A stretch of DNA of 64,000 nucleotides from the NCBI RefSeq assembly GCF_009914755.1, contig NC_060944.1. The stretch is one strand, 5' to 3'. Under the pieces are notes generated by a model, which was given only the letters and a program-made list of their open reading frames with translations, was not told the origin of the DNA and did not search any database. The stretch is from the human T2T-CHM13v2.0 reference genome, Homo sapiens. A program made the position numbers and the translations under genes. Below, one piece after another: positions 57,885 to 64,000 of this stretch (position 1 is its first letter; each line of letters opens with the position of its first letter).

Positions 57885-58080
57885 AATGTAGACTAGGGAT
57901 TGGCAAGACTAGGAGCTCTGGAGGCATATGGAATTGGTTTCAAATCTTAATTCTGCCACCCAAATGTGTAATCTTAATCAAAATAATTCTCTAAGCCCCA
58001 ACTAACCTTTTTGTAAAATCCTCATAGGAAGCTGTGGTGGTTAAATTAGGTATGATAGATACCTTTTAGATGAGTTTGCC
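57885..58080 (+). mobile_element. MIR
   Basis: gctctggagg...ggtttcaaatc...tctgccac...tgtaaaat. Confidence 0.55.
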
Positions 58081-59319
58081 CATCCAAAGTCCTTTCTCTG
58101 AGAACTGTTCCCCCACTTCCAACACCAGGAGCAACCTGTACAGCCCTTTCTACCTTCTCTCCTCTGACCACAATGGATAGGACAAAGCATGAACAAATGA
58201 TGCAAAGTTTGTCTTAGGCCAACTAGATGTTTTCCCTCAAAAATTTGAAAATGAAACATAGAAATTCTAGTTAGTCCACTTGAGGCACCTGGACTAGAAC
58301 CACTTGTTTGGGCAACAAGCAAGGATAGAAGCAACTGGTTTGCAGACAGAGAAAAATGAACACAAAATGAGGAAGATATTTGTGTAGAGAATGAAAGTAG
58401 CCCCGCTCTGTTGGGATGGGAACCCTTCTGAACCTGTTATGAATGGCAGCAGGCATTTTCAACTCACGGGTAAAGGTCTAAGTTCATTAAGTCCTGCCGT
58501 TGGAGCCCAGCCCACCTCCGTCTCCAAGCTGCTTATACAATTCAGCCCCTCAAGCATCCATATCTCCCTATGGATAAGCTACAGAAACAGGGGTGATTAA
58601 AGGTGACTTGCATTCCATTATTTGTGCTAAACATTTGGTGCAGACTTCTTTGTTCTGAATTCTTTAGCATCAGAGGGAAAAGACTGGAAAAGAGAACAAC
58701 TACACACAGAGGTGGGTGATCCCATTCCATAAAACCAAAACTTTGGAACTTGAACATCAAATCTTTCAAGTCTCAGGTATGACGTCCTAGCAACATATTG
58801 TTAAAAATTCAGCTTCAGATCCAAACTGCCATAGCAGTTTCCTGATTGCCTACTCTCAGAAGACTGAGTTCCTTCTGCAGCTGCATAGAAATTGGATATA
58901 CACAGAGATTTATAAGAGAACAGCAGTAAAGGGGCCAGAGATTTCTCTTGCTACAGATTTTTCAGGGAAACACATGGCAGTTTGGGGAAGTCCCTAATGC
59001 TAATGACTTTCCACTTCCTAGTTTCATTCCCTTGGTGGCAGCCTGGCTACTTTTTTGTCCTTGGTTCAGGGAGATAGTCATGCACAAAATCCTGTTTTAA
59101 AACTAGCTCCAATGGAGTTCAGTCTATTCTCACAAACATGCCTGGACTGAAATAATGAATTTCCTGGTGCATACTTGTCATTCAACAATGTAATGATTGT
59201 CAATATTTTTCAAAGTATTATTAGTTGGCATTATTATTATGGAATAATGAAATATTGCCATGGAATATACAGTGAAAACCAATGACCATAGTTTTTATAG
59301 ATTCAGACTGCAGTGTGCA

Positions 59320-59590
59320 GGCATAAAATGACATGGTGTCTGGGATTTGCTTCAGAACAATTCCATGATAAAACTTTCTTTTTGTTTTGTTTTGTTTTGT
59401 TTTGTTTGTGTGTGTGTGTTTCCATGATAAAAATTTAAAAACAGAAAAAGAAAATGAGAAAGAAAGAAATAGATAGAGCAATTTTGGTAAACTCTTGGTA
59501 ATTGTTGAGTCTGGGTGATGGGTATATGGGAATTCATTGTATTATTCATTCTGCTTTGTGTATATTAGAATATTTTCATAAGAAAAATTA
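59320..59590 (+). mobile_element. L1ME/MD 3' UTR fragment with (TTTTG)n and (TG)n
   Basis: tgtctgggatttgcttca...ttgttgagtctgggtgatgggtatatgggaattcattgtattatt. Confidence 0.65.
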
Positions 59591-60594
59591 GATTAAGATT
59601 ATTTTTAGAGTTAAAATAATTAGATTTTAAATATAGTAAGTTGCTTACATAAAAGCTCTAAAAAGTCAGTTCATCATTACAGTTTGCAAAGAATATTTTA
59701 GAACTATTTATTCTTTCAAAATAGAAAGAAACCTCTCTTGGATGACGTAGAGTGGCCCTGAGATAGGGAAATGGACTAAATGACATTGTAAGACACCCTC
59801 CGCACACACACATACTTGTCACCTCTACTATTCTTCATTAATGCATTTCTTCCTAAACAAATGGTAAAGCATTCTTCCAAAGAATATTTAGAAAACCATC
59901 AATAATCCATATGTGTCAAAGATTGCAATATGTCTTTAAATCTCAGAAGGAGAGGGAAATCACATTATAGATTTCTTCTTTTTCCAATACATCATGCTAA
60001 TGACAACGAATTATTGGGTGCTCTTTATTCTCATGGGATGAATCAGGCCAAGGGTTCTGTTCTCTGTGGCTGGTAAATCAGACCCTGGAAACTGTGTCAT
60101 CCTGGCTGGCCTCTTTCCCTAAGTACATGCAACCAGCCGCCCGCTAGTTCTGGGCTAATGAAGTCCAATTGCTCCATAGGCTGAGGTTTATTCAGTTTGT
60201 ATAAATGGGAGAAATAAAGACCAAATATGGCCTGGCCTAAGTAAGACATAACAGTTTGAAGCACAGAACTGAGCCAAGAAAGGGAAGCATAGGAAGAAAG
60301 GGGCATAAAACAAAGGCCCCAACATGCTCTCTGCTCTAGAGGCAGCCAGAGGAGGAGCTGCTCAGTCCATCCCTGAGAAAAAGAGGCTACCCAAGGTTGG
60401 CAGAGAGGGTGTGCTGATGATGGAAGGAGAAACTTTGATGCCTCCTTGGTCCTTTTATTCCACCACCTCATGACCATAGCCTGAAACTCGTAACTCCTGC
60501 CCATGCAGGTTGGAGAATTGAGAAGAAATTCTACTTGAAGAAAAGGTGGTACCTGGGGGCAAGTGAACAGAACTGGATGACTGAACATTACCCT

Positions 60595-60830
60595 AAAGAA
60601 AGGAACAAGGCAGCACCTAGCACAGAACCTGGCACATAGGAGGTTCTCCATAAATTTATTCATTCATTAGAAAAAAAATGGAGTGGGTGCCTACTATGTG
60701 CTCTGTACTAGGAAATTCGACCCTGAAGGAAATAAATATAAAGTTCTTGGCCTCTTGGAACACAGAGTCTGTTGAGAGGATTGGTAGTTATGCAGATAAA
60801 CGTATAATCGCTAAGTCTGATAATCAGAAA
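60595..60830. mobile_element. Two L2/MIR-type 3' ends arranged tail to tail
   Basis: Plus: agcacctagcacagaacctggcacataggagg; minus: ttcattcatt...gtgcctactatgtgc...ctagg. Confidence 0.7.
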
Positions 60831-60904
60831 AACACTGATCTGGAGGGGTTATGGGAGTCTTTAAGTGTTTTGTGCTCAAAGGCACCCAATGTCAGAATAA
60901 CATG

Positions 60905-61040
60905 ATTAACTAGGAGTCCAAGCTCCAGAAAGAGTCTTCCTGGATTCAAATTCCAGTTCTATCATTCCCTTTCTGGGTGACCCTAGGCTGGTTACTTAAC
61001 CTCTCTGTTTTTCTGAAAAACAATCATGTTAATAATAAAG
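60905..61040 (+). mobile_element. MIR
   Basis: cctggattcaaattccagttct...gtgaccctagg...gttacttaacctctctg. Confidence 0.65.
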
Positions 61041-61044
61041 TGAA

Positions 61045-61398
61045 TGTGAGATCCAGCCTCAGCCCAGAATAGGAACCTGATCTCTAATGGCTCTGCCACC
61101 TGGCCCTCTTGCCCTCTGACTTCTGGTTCGATTTGACCAATGGAAAGCATGTTCAAGAGATTAGAAGGCTGTGGTTTGGCAATTACCAATTTCTTCTGTC
61201 TCCTGGCCCTCCCCTAGAACTCTCACTAACTTTGAAACCCACCCCCTCTAGAAAAGTGTCTGGTAAAGGCAAAAAGCTCTTTGCTGTTGCTAGAACAGCA
61301 ACATACCCTGTTGGTTTCTTATAATAGTCCCTTCACTAAACACCCTTCAACTACTCTTTTTAAATGTACCATGTGCTTTCCACTGAGGCCCTGACCAG
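61045..61398 (+). mobile_element. ERVL LTR (LTR16-like)
   Basis: cttgccctctgacttctggttcgatttgaccaatggaaagca...aatagtcccttcactaaac...ccctgacc. Confidence 0.55.
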
Positions 61399-64000
61399 GG
61401 CGCCTAAAAATAATTCTTGGCCCTTGATAAACACCTGATAAAGAGAAGCTAATATTATCCAAGTAAGACACTGTTTGAGATTTGTGTTATGTTATAGACA
61501 GTGTCTATGACACCCCCTATCATTGAAAACATGTTGAGAGGAGATAGTCTAACTCTTCCCAAACTCCCTAGAAGCCCATCAAAAGAGGATAATAAAATAA
61601 GGACCCAGCAAAACACTAACATAAAGTGGCCATTCATGGGTGAAGCAATAATAATTCTGGTCACCAGCAGCCCTTGCCTGTGTGCAAAAGTTATGATGCC
61701 GTTATAAAAAATAAAAACACTGTCGGCCCTTTGACAATGATGTGAAAGGGGAGATTTTCCAGCAAAAGAATCTCAGCCAAATTTGAAGCTGTTATTTACC
61801 CGCTTAAGACAGAAAGTATCCTCTCTGGGTTCCTCGTGATCTAATCCTTTAAGCCTTCTGCTGGCACTGGAAACAATGTTAAGCTTTGGGATCAGGCCCT
61901 TTGGTTTCTATAATCCATGGGAATTTGAAGATGATAAATTTGTGGAGAGCCTGAAAGTTCCTAACATTTAATGGAACCCAAGGGGGAAACAATTAGGATA
62001 CAGTCACGTAACTCCATTAACTCTTCTGGAAGGCTCTGAATTATGTAAGTCCCCTGCTGCAGCTTTCCTCCCCTGCAGCCCCATTTTGCCATGCAACAAG
62101 GAAAAAGGCAGAGGCAATGAAAGCAAATGAAAAAAAGGAAAGATCTTTCCAATATGACTATTTATTTGCATTTTCTATGAGAAGTCTGGTGGGGAAAGAA
62201 TTCAAACTGACAACACAAATGAGGGGCAGGAATCAACATTAGACTGAACTTACTCAGGCTCTCTGAGCCACCCCCAACCCTTGACCATCCTTTCCAAGGA
62301 TAACTGACAACTACACACAACAAAGAACACATCGAACCTATTCTCATTAATAGGATTTGTGGGGGCAAGATAGTCCTAATTTATGCTGGCGTGGGCTGAA
62401 CTATTGAAAATAAAAGGATGAACAAGAAGTTTCTTTCATTTCAGCTGTAACTGTCACTATAAATAGGACATCTACAAAGAGACTGGACTTTTGTGGGCTG
62501 TTTGAGCAATGCCTGTGAAAGGTTGTAACAAAACCTCAAAAAATAAATTCTTATTTCTCTGTTTGTCGGAGGCACTAACCTAGATTTGCCATCACACCTG
62601 TGCCAAGAAGAGAGCCTGCACCACTGCCTCTGTGTGGGTACCACTGAGGGGTTGGTAGCAGGGAGTATCAGCTGGTGTCAGAAAAGAGGGACACCTCCTA
62701 CACTTGGTTCATGCTGTGTGCTGCTTACTCTCTTCTTCTCTCACCTACAGTCTCATAAGACATTATCCGACTCATTTTCATTCCAGTAGACTTGGTAGAA
62801 GAAGTCTATGGGGAAGCCAGACAAAAAAGATAATTGAAAGCCATCTGTGAATTTCAAGCACAAATAGCTCTAAACAATAACTGGCACAAAGTATGGGCTT
62901 AGTAAATGTTTGTCCGACTCAACTGAAGTCAGTGTGCAAGTTTTTGTTGTGGAGCAGACATGCCTTGGTCTCAAGGCATGCTCGTGCACCTGCAGGTTTG
63001 CCATACTTGAGATAACCAACATCCAGGTGGGCTTTTAAGCCATGAGGAGAATGGACCTAGCCATAAGCAAATGTGGGACAGGTAAATTCAGGTAGGTGGC
63101 ACAATCTGAAGAATTGTCGGGACTGTTCTATTTCCAGGCTCTTGCAATTCTACTATTAGTGGATCACTTCTGGGAGCAAATGTTGCCTTCCCAAAATAAT
63201 TCATCTGGGGAGCAATTTCCATAAGATCTCATATTTTTAGGCATTTAGGACTTTTCTGTTTGTTTTCATATTCTTTAATATGCTTAATTCTCAAATTGTT
63301 TGTTTTCATCTAGATGGAATCTTTACTGGTAACCACTGTACAGGTGAGGAAATTGCCATCTTGACTTTGAGGGAAATGCTTTTTAGAAATTTGACTCAGG
63401 TGTTCCAGGACAGGTAGTGTGTAGGGTGCTGATCTATTTTGCAGAACAAGTTCTCTCACTGGAGAGGTAGATTTGTGGGAAGCCTCAGACCTCTTGGGTT
63501 GGGAACTGAAAGCAGAATCTATCTAAATCTCCAAAAAACTTTGCACTCTGCATATGGTTCATTATGAATAATTTAGTAAAGTATTCTTAAATTCAAAACA
63601 GAACCTGCACCCCAAAATGATGGATGGATCTTAAGAACACTTGATGAAGGCAATGTCTGCACACTCTGACAGAAATGCTTTCAATGCAGCTTTCTTTTCA
63701 ATCACTTGGCAGCAAATGTCCATGTTTGCAATCTCATCAGGGAGACTAACACTTGTGTCTCCTGCTGATCATGCCATTGTGCAGACAGACTTCATCAACA
63801 GGCTTGATTGAACGTTCTGATTGGAAATTTTCCTAGAAAGTTTCTGTGCAGAACATGTGGATACTGCCTTGCTTTCAAAACATTTGTCTACACATAGGCA
63901 GAAACCAGTGGGCTTAGAAGGAAGAATTGAAAGAATTGTTGCCAAGCCTACGTTCTTGAAGTAATGCAGCATAACTACAGGAGACAGCCCTTAAGTATAC

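Noticed and set aside
60097-60663. 188-aa minus-strand ORF, the longest in the track
   Set aside because: It starts inside an L2/MIR tail and has no recognisable domain or gene context; consistent with a chance ORF.

Overview
Primate (probably human) AT-rich intergenic or intronic DNA. I see no intact protein-coding gene, RNA gene or CRISPR array. Much of the window is recognisable interspersed repeat: Alu J/S/Y, L1, HAL1, L2, CR1/L3, MIR, many MaLR solo LTRs (MLT1, MST, THE1), ERV1/ERVL LTRs and hAT/Tigger DNA transposons, often nested. Two retrocopies lie on the minus strand. One is the 3' half of an RPL31 processed pseudogene, fused directly to an internally deleted Tigger1 (about 45.0-46.7 kb). 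The other is a ~2.8 kb GC-rich polyadenylated insert (49.78-52.59 kb) that splits an MLT1 LTR, has no recognisable ORF and carries a CpG-rich 5' end with YY1 and ETS motifs. It looks like a retrocopy of a lncRNA-like transcript whose parent I cannot name, and it is the best novelty candidate. Several repair or replication scars are also visible: a ~145 bp inverted templated copy of a nearby L1 segment, a tailless L1 with a fold-back junction, and a ~145 bp direct duplication. There is also a tail-to-tail L2 hairpin with miR-95/miR-325-type architecture. I find no evidence of a new multi-gene system. Repeat subfamily names come from recall of consensus sequences and need RepeatMasker/Dfam confirmation; boundaries are approximate unless a TSD is quoted.
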